From positions 36,270,001 to 36,334,000 of the forward strand of contig NW_027361683.1 of assembly GCF_039654945.1 (NCBI RefSeq): 64,000 nt of DNA, written 5' to 3'. The DNA is from Dendrobates tinctorius. Its lineage: Eukaryota. Shown here piece by piece: positions 12,451-26,600 of this stretch (positions within the stretch are counted from its first letter, which is position 1; each line of letters opens with the position of its first letter). The notes below the pieces were generated by a model. It searched no databases and had not been told where the DNA came from. It saw only the letters and a list, made by a program, of their open reading frames with translations. Position numbers and translations under genes: made by a program.

Positions 12451-15400
12451 AGGCTTTGGGCATAGGGGATGCCGCTCGGAGCCGGAAGCCACAACAAGGG
12501 GTGGTGGAAGTCCCGAAGAGCTGGTCGCTAAGTGCCCAATAGTATGGGCCGAAGTCGAGGGTCGTGCTGTGCGGTGTCTAGTGGATACAGGATCGCAGAT
12601 AACGACCATGCCAGCAACGTACATCCGACAGCATTTCCTGGAAGCGCAAGTCCCCAGTGGGCGCCCATGATACGACTAGTGGCCGCAAACCAACTGCCGG
12701 TACCTGTTGCCGGAGTGGTGTGGCTTCAGATGACATTGTGTGGTAAATCCCTCGGCCGCCAGGGAGTGGTCCTAACCCAAGGAGAGACTAACGTCCGATC
12801 ATCTTGGGCATGAACATACTGCGGGAGTTCGGCAATCTACTCCTCAACGATTCCACGCATGAGACCCTGAGTCAGTGGGGTTGTCGCACGGCCCAGGGTC
12901 AGGTCTTCCAGCGGTTGGTGCGGGAGGCACGAGTGCTCCAGGAGTGTCAGGAGGGTGAGGCGCTGGGCAAGGTCATCGCGCCGGCGGCCCCCCCGCTCGT
13001 GCTTCCTCTGGGGCAGACGGTGGTGGCTCTGCCGATCCGTGCCCCGATGCCACTGGAGGGCGTGGAGGTGCAGGTGGAACCCTGTTACTGCATCCTGGTG
13101 GCCCGCTCCCTGGCCACAGTGCGGGAAGGGACCGTCTTGGTACGATGTGTCAACCTGGAAGATCAGGATATCGTTCTGAAGCCCCGGGCCAAAATGGCCA
13201 AACTAGTAAGGCCCTTGGAGGAGATGCTGCCGGACTCCGCAGTCCAGTTCAGGGTGCAACCCGAAGATCCCTGGGCTGTAACGGTACGAACCCAACAGAC
13301 TGCCGCACCCTCGGCTCAAGAAAAAGGGCGAGTCATCCTGGAGAAAATGTGGGCTGAACTTTCCGGTCTAGCGCCAGCCCAGCTTCTCCAGGTAGAGACA
13401 CTTCTTGGACAATTTTACAATGTCTTCGCCAGCCACGAGGATGACTTCGGATGTACCACGGCCATCACACATGGGATCCCCACGGCGGGGGCGGACCCCA
13501 TCCGGGAGCGATATCGGCAAACACCACCGCAGCTATACCAGGAAGTGAAAACTCTATTAGCCCAAATGCTCCGGAAGGGGGTCATACGAGAAAGCCAGAG
13601 CCCTTGGGCGGCCCCTATTGTTCTGGTTCGGAAAAAAGATGGCACTCTGCGTTTTTGCGTGGATTATCAGAAGTTGAACACCTGCACCATCAAGGATTCA
13701 TATCCATTGCCCTGCATAGAGGAGTCTCTGTCCGTTCTGGGGAACGCTACATACTTTTCAACCCTGGACCTGGCCAGTGGGTACTGGCAGGTGCCGATGT
13801 CGGAGGAAGACAGAGCCAAGACAGCATTCATCCTTCCCATGGGACTGTTCGAGTTCAATCGGATGCCGTTTGGGCTGGCCAACGCCCCAGGAACTTTTCA
13901 GCGGTTGATGGAGCGGTGTCTAGGCGACCTCAACTTTGAAGCCACGTTGATATACCTGGACGATATTATCATCTATTCCGCCACGTTCGAGGACCACCTG
14001 AGGCGGTTGGGGCAGGTGCTCGGCCGGCAGAAGTACGGGTTAAAGGTGAAGCCCCAGAAATGCCACCTGTTCCGCACCCAGATCGAATACCTGGGGCATA
14101 CCGTCTCAGCAGAGGGCGTCCGACCATCCCTGGAAAAGGTCGCTGCCATCCGGGGGTGGTCTACCCCCGAGATGGTGAAGGACGTGCGGGCCTTCCTGGG
14201 GTTGGCCGGCTACTACCGTCGGTTCGTGAAGAATTTTGCACACTGAGCTCGAGCCCTGCAAGACCTGCTGAACCGCCGGGGCGAATGGACGGAAGATCCA
14301 GTGGCAGCAACCGCAAGAGGATGCGTTTCAAGATTTCAAAGCTGCTCTCTCGGACGCCCCGGTATTGGCGTATGCGGATTTTGCGCAACCGTTCATCCTG
14401 CATACCGACGGGAGCCTCCAGGGACTAGGAGCTGTGTTGTTACAGGTGCAGGACGGCCAGGAGAAAGTGATCGCCTACGGTAGCCGGTCGCTGCACGACT
14501 CAGTACGCAACCCGGACAATTACAGCTCCTTTAAGCTCGAGCTCCTCGCGGTAGTGTGGGCAATGACGGAGCGATTCGCAGAGTACCTGGCGGGTTCTGA
14601 AGTAGTAGTGCGGACCGATAACAGCCCGTTAGCCCATTTGGAGAATGCCAAACTGGGGGCCCTAGAGCAGCGGTGGGTGGCTCGGATGGCCAAATTCAAT
14701 TATAAGATCATCTACAAACGGGGAGCTGAAAACGTGCACGCCGACGCGCTCTCCAGAATCCAACACACCACCCCAGGAAGAAGTCAAGATGACGAATTAG
14801 AAGCAGATGAGACGCCGTTCGCCCTTACCACCGCCGCGCCTACAGTCAACACGCAAGAAGCGCCTCATCCGGGACTCCTAGGAGGGATGCTGGAACAGCC
14901 TCGCATCAAATGGATTCAGCAGCAACAGGCAGATACAGAGATTGGGCTCCTGCGCCGATGGTTGGCCACCGGTAAATTGCCCACAGGCTCGCAGAGACAG
15001 ACTTTGACTCAAGATACGTTGCTGATGTTGCGCCAGTGGGAAAAGCTAGTCATCAAAAAGGGGCTTCTATATCGAAAAGCCATGTCACGAACCACGTCAG
15101 CGACGATATGGCAGGTAATCGTGCCCGGAGCCCATCTCAACCAACTGGCCCGGGAAGCCCATGAGAAGGGGGCTCATTTTGGTGCTCAAAAGACTTTACA
15201 ATGGTTGCAGCAGATAGTGTAGCACCCACGCTTGCACGCTGTTGTAGAAGAAGTTTGTTGAACCTGCCGCCCGTGCGAGCTCTCTAAACCCCCCGCGCAA
15301 CGAGCCTCGGTGCAAACTATTGTAACATCAGCCCCTCTGGAGCTTCCTACGGTGGACTATCTAACCATAGGTCCGGCCTATCAGGGGTATGAACATTGTC

Positions 15401-16170
15401 TCGTTATGGTGGACCATTTCACCAAGTTCGCCTTGGTCACCCCCACCCGAGACCAAACTGCGGTGTCGGCTGCCTATGCGATTTGTAAGAACTTTATACA
15501 AGTGTACGGCTGTCCACAACAAATACATACGGATCAAGGAGCGTGCTTCCTAAGAAAAGTCATGGAAGAGCTACATCATCTTTACGGTATCGATAAATCA
15601 CGGACTACGCCGTACCACCAGCAAGGAAATGGAGCCTGCGAACGATTCAATCGTACGCTAATCCAAATGCTGTGCACCTGGAGAGCGACCGCAAGGCCCG
15701 CTGGCCTGAATATGTCCCCGAGCTGGTGTGGGTATATAACAATCGGGTGCATCAAGTGACTGGTTACACCCCCTACTCATTGCTGTTCGGACGGGAAGGC
15801 AAAGGAATTACTGAGGTGGAATTGAACCAGGAGGAACACCAACCCTGGACCGTGATATCCTCGTGGGTCCGAAACCACCGGCACCGGCTGCAGACCCTCC
15901 ACCATATCATCCATACGAAGCTCCAGGATCTAGAACACCAGGGGGGAATACTGCCCCCACCCATTGACTTTCAGACTGGGGATCAGGTACTCGTACTTGA
16001 TCAACGTTCCCAAAACAAGTTAGAACCACGGTGGGAGCTGAGCCCGTACCGAGTGCTGCACCGAATAAGCCCCTACGGGCCTGTGTATGAAATACAATCT
16101 GAAGGAAACAACGCACCTCTCACTCGGGTTGTGCACTGCAACATGTTACGGCCTTGTACGTCTACCGACG
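12450..16170 (+). pseudogene. pol: Gypsy pol (PR-RT-RH-IN) with several stops and frameshifts
   Basis: LVDTGS protease; MPFGL and YLDD RT motifs; HTDGS...KLELLAV RNase H; HTDQG...NGACERFN integrase. Confidence 0.92.
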
Positions 16171-16673
16171 GGGCCGTTGCTCACCACGGATTCCCCGTCG
16201 CAGCTGGTAGCTGCGCAGGTGGCTTGCCCCTCACCACCCCACGTCGCTGCCGCTTGCTCCAGTCCGGGGGCTGCGGCCCATCCGTCCAAGGACTCCGCCG
16301 GGGCCTGTGGGGCTCCAGTGTCATCGGCTTGACTTCGCCAATGCCTCAGCAACTGGGTCCAGCGACTACTACGCCGAAAGACCACCAACCCGAACGGCGA
16401 GGGACGTCTGGACAGCTAAGTTGGCTATATAATTAAGGACCTGTAGTCGGCCATACCGCGGCCCTATAGTGACCGGCTATTGCCGGAAGTAGTCGTGTTC
16501 TACCCGTTTGTGTTTGCTTGTATAGAGCCCCTGCGAGGGCAACCCGTGTTACCCCTTTTGTTGATCAGGTCATGACTGAGGAAAGTTCCCTCTAGTCTTA
16601 TAAACGTTATTCTAGAAAGCACCAAATTGTCTCGCAACTCGTCACTGCATCCTGCATACCTGCAAATACCACA
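16170..16673 (+). repeat. 3' LTR, 5'-truncated (PPT and U3 deleted)
   Basis: Matches ~11015-11537; fused to the integrase C-terminus near GGGGCCG. Confidence 0.85.
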
Positions 16674-17568
16674 TGAGCCTCAAAAAAAGAAAAACGAAAA
16701 GGGGAGGGACAAAAACAGTATGTACAAAATTGATATGTAGTGCTGCACACTAATTACACTCAGCCAGTGTGTGGAAAAGAGTGATCTGGCCCTATAGATA
16801 CAGTAGCTTGGCCTAACTGAATACCTACCTAGGTGCGGAGGTTGGCACCCTAAGAAATACAAGAATGCCCCCCCCCCACTCATGCATCGGCTGTCCCTAT
16901 TCTCCTATATCTCCCTATAAGACGCAAGATCAGAAAAAGAGAGCCAGATGGCCTGTATCCACTTGTTTATGAGATCTTCATGGATGCAATAGAGTATTTT
17001 ATACAATCAGATATAGAGGTTCAGAAAAAGTAAAGGGTCCATGCAGCCTAAGTTGCTTCACACCACTCACATTAGATAAGTATTAGATAATTTGTATGAT
17101 ACAACCTCAAAGTCCCTACCCAAAAAGAAAAATCCACTAAAAGAGATATGCAATATATGATTAGTCACAGCAAATATGTCTATTGATCCATCATGTTGCT
17201 ACAGTGATGCCATTTTTGCGTGCAAGGGTAATGATGCCAACATATTTGCTGACATACACACATGAAGATGAACTAAAGTCTCGATCCTGGACTCTAGACA
17301 ACAGAAGTATACCCTCAAAACAAATCCGTAGACACCAAAGATGGATCACATAAGGTAACAGGTTCACATACTGATGAATGCATACAAACAGTCAGTGGCT
17401 AAACACCACTATCGATACCTTAGGCAGATATACAGATGCCCATCTATGCATAAATATGAACACACACATCAAAAAGCCAAATTTTGTACTTCTCTGTAAC
17501 CATTAGTTGCTGCATAGTATAAGCCCATAAGTACACGATAGTATGATCACTCAGATGGCGTCTGCCCA

Positions 17569-17608
17569 CTCTCAACACGTTTCCCCCTCTGTGGGTTCAT
17601 CAGGAGAG
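17569..17608 (-). ncRNA. Minimal type I hammerhead ribozyme, CpG-decayed
   Basis: TCTC-CTGATGA-ACCCACAGAGGGG-GAAACGTGTT-GAGAG; helix III probably derived from ACGCGTC. Confidence 0.75.
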
Positions 17609-19142
17609 ACTCATTGCGGTCATAGCGGTCTGGCAGTGGAACGTTGTCCAATTCATGAGGCTGCCTCATGAATGCAGCAACTGATGGTCACAGATAAGAA
17701 CAAAATTTGGCTTTTTGATGTGTGAGTTCACATTTATGCATAGATGGGCATCTGTATATCTGCTTAAGGTATCTATAGTGGTGTATAGCCACTGACTGTA
17801 TGCATTCATCAGTATGTGAACCTGTTACCTTATGTGATCCATCTTTGGTGTCTACGGATTTGCTTTGAGGGTATACTGCTGTTGTCTAGAGTCCAGGATC
17901 GAGGCTTTAGTTCATCTTTATGTGTGTATGTCAGCAGATATGTTGGTATCATTACCCTTGCATGCAAAAATGGCATCACTGTAGCAACATGATGGATCAA
18001 TAGACATATTTGCTGTGACTAATCATATATTGCATATCTATTTTAGTGGATTTTTCTTTTTGGGTAGGGACTTTTAGGTTGTATCATACAATTTGTCTAA
18101 TACTTATCTAATGTGAGTGGTGTGAAGCAACTTAGTCTGCATGGACCCTTTACTCTTTCTGTTTTCCAAACGTTTTATTGGAGTTTTAATAAATGGGGAA
18201 GAAGGTGTATGGGAGCTAAGGAAAGATGAAAAGTAAAAGAGGAAGGACAACAATGTCCAAATGTAAAGAATACATAAAATGTAACATGTTAATGCAGAAG
18301 CATATTATACAATGAACTATTACAAAGGTAAGTATTTAAGCATATAATATATTAAATTTGTTCCAAGCCAAAGCCCTAACCCCAAAGGCGCACTCTGGTT
18401 GAAGACCTTAAGAGAACAGCTCCAGCCATCTAGACCATTTCCTAGCATGTTTGGCAAATTGATCATGCATATGTGCAAATTTCAGTTCAAAGGAATGATG
18501 AAGGCTAATTTTGTCTATAATATCGTTAATTTGTGGAGGTTTTGGATTTTTCCAAAAGAAAGCGATATTGTGTTTGTACACTAGTAACATGTGCATAATC
18601 AACAGCCTGTTAGTAGGGTCAATTTTGTCAGCGTCTAGAGAAAGAAGGGCCAGACGAGGAGACAAAATAAGTCGCGTTCCTAAGATAAAATCGATAAGAT
18701 TTGAAACCTTTCTCCAAAAGGGAACAATTTTGGGACATTGCCAAAATATATGCAAAATATTTCCTGGCCTTCCACAACCCGTCCAACAGAGCGGGGAATT
18801 GTCAGGGTTGATTCTATGGAGTCTTACAGGGGTATAATACTATCTCGTTAAAAGTTTGAAGTGGGTCTCTTGTAGTGATAAGGAAATGGTAGAGGCGTAC
18901 GAGAGGGAGCATGCCTGTTCAAGGTCAGGAGGGTCAATTATTGTATGTAATTCGTTTTCCCATTTGATAATATTTTGAGTCTTGACCACTGCAAAGCTAT
19001 TATTACACCACTTGCAAGTATACTCAAAACTCCAGAAAATATTATGGTCTATATTACAAATAAGATTAACTGCTGGTTCAGAAATTCTTGGTGAAATAGC
19101 AAGGAACTCATGGAGTTTGTCTTTAAGGATGATATATTGTAA

Positions 19143-19526
19143 AGGTACTGTCACACTTAGCGATGTACCAGCGATCCCGACCAGCGATATGAAGCGGTCA
19201 GGATCGCTGGTACATCGCTAAGTGGTCGCTAGTGAGCTGCCACACAGGCAGATCTCACTAGCGACATCGCTGGGAACGGGGGTCGCTACTTACCTGTCAC
19301 ACCAGGCGATCCTGCATCCTCCCGCCCGGCTCCACGCGTCGCTCGTCGTCACAGCAGGAAGCTGACGACGAGAAACAGTCCTGGACGTTCTCGCGCGATC
19401 AGCGATAACCAGCGGGGGAGCCGGTCGTAGGTAAGTATCAGACACAGCGATATCGCTAGCAATATCGCTATAACGTCACTAGTTATAGCGATATTGCTAG
19501 CGATATCTCTTAGTGTGACATGCCCT
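19143..19526. mobile_element. Harbinger-like MITE inside L1 ORF2
   Basis: TIRs AGGTACTGTCACAC / GTGTGACATGCCCT; TAA TSD. Confidence 0.85.
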
Positions 19527-22448
19527 TAAGAAAGCAGGAGTAGTAGATTGAAATCTATTCTTGAGTTTGTTATAAGGTGTACAAAGAGCACCATCGTATA
19601 AATATTTGAGTCTTTTGAGACCAAGTGCAGACCAAACGGGGTCAATAGTCTGATTGGATGCTTGAAAAATAACTGATAAGGTCAAATTTTTTAATGTGAC
19701 TTCTTTATTAGAGCCTCTTTTTGGAACAGAAAATTTTTTCCAAGCTTCAGAAATAGCTTGAAAAATTGGATGAGAGTTTTCAATTAATTTTTTATGAAGG
19801 AGTTGGTTGAGAATTAGTAGGTGAAGAGGCTTATAATTGTTAAAAGACAATTCTAGTTCATGCCAAGCTGGTGTCTTATCATGTGGCCACCAGAATGCGC
19901 TTTGTTTGACTAAATTTGCAGTGTAATAAGCAGTGATATTTGGGGAACCAGCTCCATCATGAGATTTATGATTGTAGAGAATGTTTTTTGCTATTCTGGG
20001 TCTTTTGTTATTCCATATAAAGGAATTCAATGAGGCTTGGAGATTTGTAAGAGAAGAAGTGGGAACTTTTAAAGGAAGAGACCGAAGTAGATATAGGATT
20101 TTTGGGAAGATGTATGATTTAACCATCATGATTCTTCCCCACCAAGAGAGTCCATCATCTCTAGATATACGAAATTCATTAAAAAGCTTTTTGGTAAGAA
20201 TCTCTAACTTTAATTTTATAAGCGAGTTTATATTTTTGACAAATTTTAGGCCTAAGTAGGTCAGCCCATCAGTAGCCCAACCCCAAGGCGAGAGGCCCTC
20301 AACTTTTTCTTGGTCTATTCCCAGGTTAAAGCCAAGTATTTTGGATGTAGAGTTGTTTATTTTAAAATAAGAGACCTTGGAAAAAGTCTGGATTAGAGTT
20401 TGTAAGCCAGTGATAGAGTTGCTTGGATCAGTAAGGATAAGAATTATATCATCTGCATATAACGCTATTTTAAAATCTCTATGCAAGGTTTTAATTGCTG
20501 AGATCTTTGTACTATTCCTGATTAATTTGGCCAGAGGTTCAATGGCCAATGCAAAAAGCAATGGTGACATTAGCTATATTAAACGTAGGGGAAAGATGAT
20601 TGTTGGAATATACCCTCACCTCAGGGCCGGAGTACAAAGCCATAATACCTCCCGTGAGTCGAGAATTAATTCCAAATTTTTTGGGAGTCGCTTCGAGATA
20701 AGACCAATTAAGGCGGTCAAACGCTTTCTCAGCATCAAGAGAGATAACAGTGGCTTTGAGGTTTTTCGAGGAAATGAGCTTAATTATGTTAATGAGCCTT
20801 CTCGTACCATCTATGGATTGTCTTCCTTTAATGAAGCCTATTTGATCGTTGGAAATTAGTGTCGGGAGAAATTGATTTAGTCTATTAGCCAAGATTTTTG
20901 CGTAAATTTTTACGTCTGTGTTGATGAGGGATATAAGTCTATAATTAAAAACTTGGTTAGTGTCAGAATTTGGTTTAGGGATTACAACAATGGTCGCTTC
21001 CAGCATCTCTTTGGGAAATTGACCTGATTGGAAAACTGAATTAAATACTTTTACAAGGTGAGGGGCCAATAAATTAATAAAAGACATGAAATAATCATTA
21101 CTAAACCCATCTGGTCCGGGTGATTTAAATGTTTTAAGTTTTTTTATAGTTTCCAGGACTTCTTATTCAGTGAAGGGAGAAGACAAAAAAGATAAGTCTT
21201 CAGAGTTGAGTTTTGGAAGGTTCATGCTGGAAAGGAATGATCCAATCTCTGAGGTAGTTGGCTGCAAATTAGGGTTATCCTGATTAATATTATACAGATT
21301 TTTGTAATAATCGGCAAAAGCCTTTACAATATCTTTAGGGTGGACCAGAGATGTACGATTAGAGGAAGTTATAGTGTCAATTCTATTCCGTTTCCGTATA
21401 TTCTTAATTCTGTTTGACATGTATTTTGAAGGGCGATTTATAGATAAGTAATGCTTGCATTTTGCCGATCTAATAGCTGAGTCGTAAAAATTGAATGAGT
21501 TTCCTTAATTGCATTCTAAGATTGGTAAGTTCTGATAATACAGCTTGTTTGCTAGAGGAAACAGAGGATCGACAAAGTTCCTCTTCTTTAGATTTAATTG
21601 ACTGTTGTAGGGTAAGGATTTTATTTTGTCTGGAGGAAATTTGGATCAAAACTCCCCTCAATACCGCCTTGTGAGCGTTCCAACAGGAAAATGGATTTAG
21701 GAGGATGGAGTTGTTTTCACTAAAATAATTCTGCAAGGCTGAGCTGATTTCAGATTTGGTGGAGGGGTTATGAAGCAAAGAGGAGTTGAATTTCCTCATG
21801 AATTGGGGGTGAGTTGGAGGTCCTATTTGCTATTCTGCAGTTACCGGAGAATAAAATACACCAACCAACCAATCAAAAGACCTCTATACCAAAGAAAACC
21901 AGACAGGGTGTACTTATTAAATATTATTTTATTATATTTGTGTTATACAGGTGCTTATTTTAAAACCAATTAAAACAAAAAAAGTGCACGTATAGGAACA
22001 ATGTAACAATGTTCAAAGGAATAATAGGACCCAATTATTATATCAAATAAGTATACCACATATATTATGAGATGACCATTTTCCAAAAGAGATTATAAAG
22101 AAAGTGCAAAAATTACATAAAAATAATAATATAATATTAAATAAATACCACACATGAAAAGGAGCAAAGTGCAATGTGCAAAATTATCACATAATAATAT
22201 TATACAAAAATACAAAAATATATGTGCCTTTTAAATACATGTGCCTTTTAAAACCACATTTATATGTATCCACAAGGTTTTCCACATGGCCAAAATAAAG
22301 TGCAGAGTGCCTGTGCAACCAAAACTGTGCACAAAGAAACAAACAGTGCCACCTTTATCTCTGGAAAATAGCAATTAATTCATATAAAGCGTGGTATAAC
22401 ATAGACAGATCATTACCTATAGGGGTCACCACGTCCCTATCACGCGCT

Positions 22449-22487
22449 CCCCGACGCGCGTTTCGGAATCTTTCCTTCATCAGGGGG
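22449..22487 (-). ncRNA. Hammerhead ribozyme in the inverted pLTR
   Basis: CCCC-CTGATGA-AGGAAAGATTCC-GAAACGCGCGTC-GGGG. Confidence 0.88.
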
Positions 22488-23681
22488 TGGCTACATAAGG
22501 GATCCGGGGGTTTTTTATATTTGGACACAAGTAGCGCCAATCAGCATATGAGCGCTGATTTTGATAGCAGTGCTCCGGGTGTGGGGGTGGCGCATGCGCA
22601 GTCTGGAGGTCCCACAATCCCAAGCGCCGGACCACGTGACCGGAACACACAGGCACTAAGCCCGGCGTTACCAAGGTCACGAGGACGTGGCAAGTCAGGA
22701 CGCCGGACACGGAGCACGCATGCGCACCACCAGGAGCATCGCATCAATAAGATAGAGTGGAAATAACCGCAATCAATACAATATTTTATATCGATCAATT
22801 GATACTGAAAATAACATACATATTCAAAGAAAAATAAGTGAATTACAATGTAGTATATAATAAATGATAAAAAAATATATAATATACAAGAAATAATAAA
22901 TAATAATATTTATATTATTAAATACATCAATAAATAATATATATATATGTGTGTAATTACATTATGTAATTATGTAGCCACCCCCTGATGAAGGAAAGAG
23001 ATAAAGGTGGCACTTCTTTGTTTCTTTGTGCACAGTTTTGGTTGCACAGGCACTCTGCACTTTATTTTGGACATGTGGAAAACCTTGTGGATACATATAA
23101 ATGTGGTTTTAAAAGGCACATGTATTTAAAAGGCACATATATTTTTGTATTTTTGTATAATATTATTATGTGATAATTTTGCACATTGCACTTTGCTCCT
23201 TTTCATGTGTGGTATTTATTTAATATTATTATTATTTTTATGTAATTTTTGCACTTTCTTTATAATCTCTTTTGGAAAATGGTCATCTCATAATATATGT
23301 GGTATACTTATTTGATATAATAATTGGGTCCTATTATTCCCTTGAACATTGTTACATTGTTCCTATACGTGCACTTTTTTTGTTTTAATTGGTTTTAATA
23401 TAACCACCTGTATAACACAAATATAATAAAATAATATTTAATAAGTACACCCTGTCTGGTTTTCTTTGGTATAGAGGTCTTTTGATTGGTTGGTTGGTGT
23501 ATTTTATCTTAACAGTGTGTTATCACTGATTTCACTGGACACTGGTGATATATTTTATTAATTTTATTATTACCATTATTGTTATTATTTTTAATATAGA
23601 ATAATATATTATATCCAGTGTCGGTGTGTTCTCTTCTAATTAATTACTGTGTTCAGCACAGGTTCTTTTCAACTACCGAAC

Positions 23682-26600
23682 ATGGACTTTAAGGCCAGAG
23701 AATTGTCCTGGCAGGGACGGATCAACGCAGTATTTACTAATGGTGGTTCTACAAATACACCTGGCAATGGTTTGCAATTTGATGAGTTGTTTAGAAATAT
23801 AAAGAACTTGATATATAAACGCATGAGGTCTTGGTGGAATCGTGCTTTTTTGGAAAATTCCATACAACATCAGTTGATACCTAGGGGTTTGAGAATTCAG
23901 GTCACCCCTTCTTTTCCTGTCAATGATGATGAATTTATAAAGAACTGGGAAACTGTCTGCAATATGGCCTCTAGACAATTGATGGAGTTATTGGTAAAAT
24001 ATAATTCTAAAAATTTGGTGGAATTAGACAAACAATTGGAGGAGTCCTTCGCTAAAGCAAAATCTTGTCTATCTACTGAGCTATATCAATCGATGGATGG
24101 TCAATTGGAAAAACATATTGACCAATGGACAAAGGAGATTCAGGCAAAACAGACTGATAAATTATTGAGAGATCAAAGAGATCTAGCTGATGGAAGAATC
24201 TATAGATGGCGCAGATACCAAATTGGGGAGAAAAATCGTGATCGTTCCATCTCTCTGTCATCTAATCCTGTGGCGGGGGACATTTCTGGTGCCTCCTCTT
24301 CCGCTTCTGTCTCTGCAATATCTACACCTAAACGTAAGAGAGAACCTCGCTATGTACCAGTCAAACGGACATTTAGATATTCCCCTGAGAATTACAAGAA
24401 CAGTCTAAAGGTGATTAATTTAAGTTCACATAATTTTTCTGATATTGAAATGGAAATTTTGAATAAGGGTCTTATGTTTTGCCCTACAGCTCAATTCGAT
24501 ACATTTTCTGCTATAAAGGATTTACATTTGTTTGCTAGAAAACTTATTTTTAAAAAATACTTTCATAATGATAAAACACTGCAATTGTTTCCAACAGAGG
24601 CGGAACAGGAGGCACTAGCTACCTTGAATGAATTGGCCCAAGAGCATAATGAACTGGAGGGAGGTAAGATTCCGGAATCAATACGCCCGAAATCACAGAA
24701 ATTTCCCCCCTTGTCAGCCTATCCAGTGATTGAGACATTTGTAAAAGTTGTAAGTAGAGAATTGGATAAAATCCCCAAATTTCCTCACTTGGAAAATTTT
24801 ACCAAGAAAGAAAGAATGATTCTAAAACATTTGCAGGAAATACCGGATGTAGTATACAAACCAGCTGACAAGGGGGGTAATTTGGTTGTCTGGCCCAAAC
24901 AACTTTATGAAAGAGAGGCCTTTAGGCAGTTAAAGGATGAATCATGCTATAAAAAATTGACGTACAATCCATCCGATAAATTTCAAACTGAATTGATGGG
25001 TATTTTAAAGGAGGCATTAGAGATGGATATTATTTCAAAGGATTTATTTGTGGCATTACAGATCTCTGAACCGAAGATACCAACATTTTATTTGTTGCCT
25101 AAAGTCCACAAAAATCAATCAATCCCGCCAGGTAGACCCATCATATCTGGATGTGGAAATTATTTGGAGAATGTCAATAGATTTGTGGACTCTAGACTAC
25201 AACCATTAGTGGAGGAATTGCCTTAATTTATCAAGGATACAAATGAATTTTTGAAGAAGGTAGATGGGCTCCACATTGGCAGTGACACCCTTTTAGTGTC
25301 ATGCGATGTGGAATCACTTTATACGAATATTCGCCACAATGATGGTATTAAAGCTTTGGAATACTTTTTATATTCATCTACTACACCTAATTCCATGCGT
25401 CAATTTATTGTGGAACTTTTAGAATTTGCTCTGTCACATAATTTTTTCTTATTTAGGGGGTCCTTCTTCCTACAGCTCCAGGGCACTGCAATGGGTGCCT
25501 CTTTTGTGCCTGCTTATGCAAACCTATTCCTGGGGCTGTGGGAGAGGGACCTCTTTCTTTCTGGATTGGCACCATCAATGGAACGTATCCTAATGTGGGT
25601 ACGTTTCATTGATGATATTTTTTTGATATGGGAAGGGTCGGTGGAATCTCTCCATGAATTTATGTCAGGTTTGAATAATAACCCTTATAATATACATTTG
25701 ACATATCAGTTTGACAAAAATAAAATGGAATTTTTAGATGTTAGTGTTAGGAGAGGTGAGGATGACTGTTTACACACTGACATCTTTCGGAAATCAACAT
25801 CCGTTAACTCCCTCCTTCATGCAAATTCATCACATCCACCGGCCATGATACGATCTATCCCAGTTGGACAATTCTTAAGACTGAGAAGAATTTGCTCAAG
25901 AGATGAGGATTTTGAAATACAAGCTCTAGAACTAAAACAGAGATTTTTAGAACGTGGGTATAGCCATCGTTCCATTAAAAAGGCCTATAATCGGGCAAAA
26001 AATACCACCAGACATCAAGCGCTATATGGGAATAAAGCTAGAGAATCAAACCAATGTGTGAGATACATTACGCAATATCACGGCCAAACTGATCTAATGA
26101 GAGAAGTTTTGACCAAATCTTGGGGAATTTTAAAAATAGATCCGATATTGTCCAATTATATAGGGGACGCACCGAGTATTACCTTCAAAAGATCAAGGAA
26201 TTTGAGAGATTATTTGGTGAAAAGTCACTATGTATCGATTCCATCCCCTGTTAGTTTCTTGTCAAATATGAAAAAATCATTGGGTTCTAAGCCATGTGGG
26301 AAATGTGTGGCATGTCCCAATATTAGTAGGGCACAAAACTTCTCGAACTCAAAGGATACATTGACGTATGGGATTAAACATTCAATAACTTGTACAACTA
26401 GAGCAGTTATTTACTATGCGACGTGCCCTTGCTCTTTGATCTATGTGGGAATGACCATACGCCAATTGAAAATTTGTGTTAGGGAACATATATTAGGGAT
26501 TATTGCCGCAAAAGAAATTGATGACATTTCATTACTAAAAACTATCCCTAGACACTTTAAGGTTCACCACAATTGTGATGCTTCACTATTGAAAGTAATA

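Larger units (their letters stand above)
10476..16673 (+). mobile_element. Ty3/Gypsy LTR retrotransposon (decayed)
   Basis: TGTGG...CCACA termini; gag-PR-RT-RH-IN order; the flanks rejoin to the sequence seen uninterrupted in the opposite fold-back arm. Confidence 0.95.

Noticed and set aside
25224-25226. Selenocysteine or programmed readthrough as in some PLE clades
   Set aside because: The stop is TAA, not TGA, and aligns to Ser in PLE2
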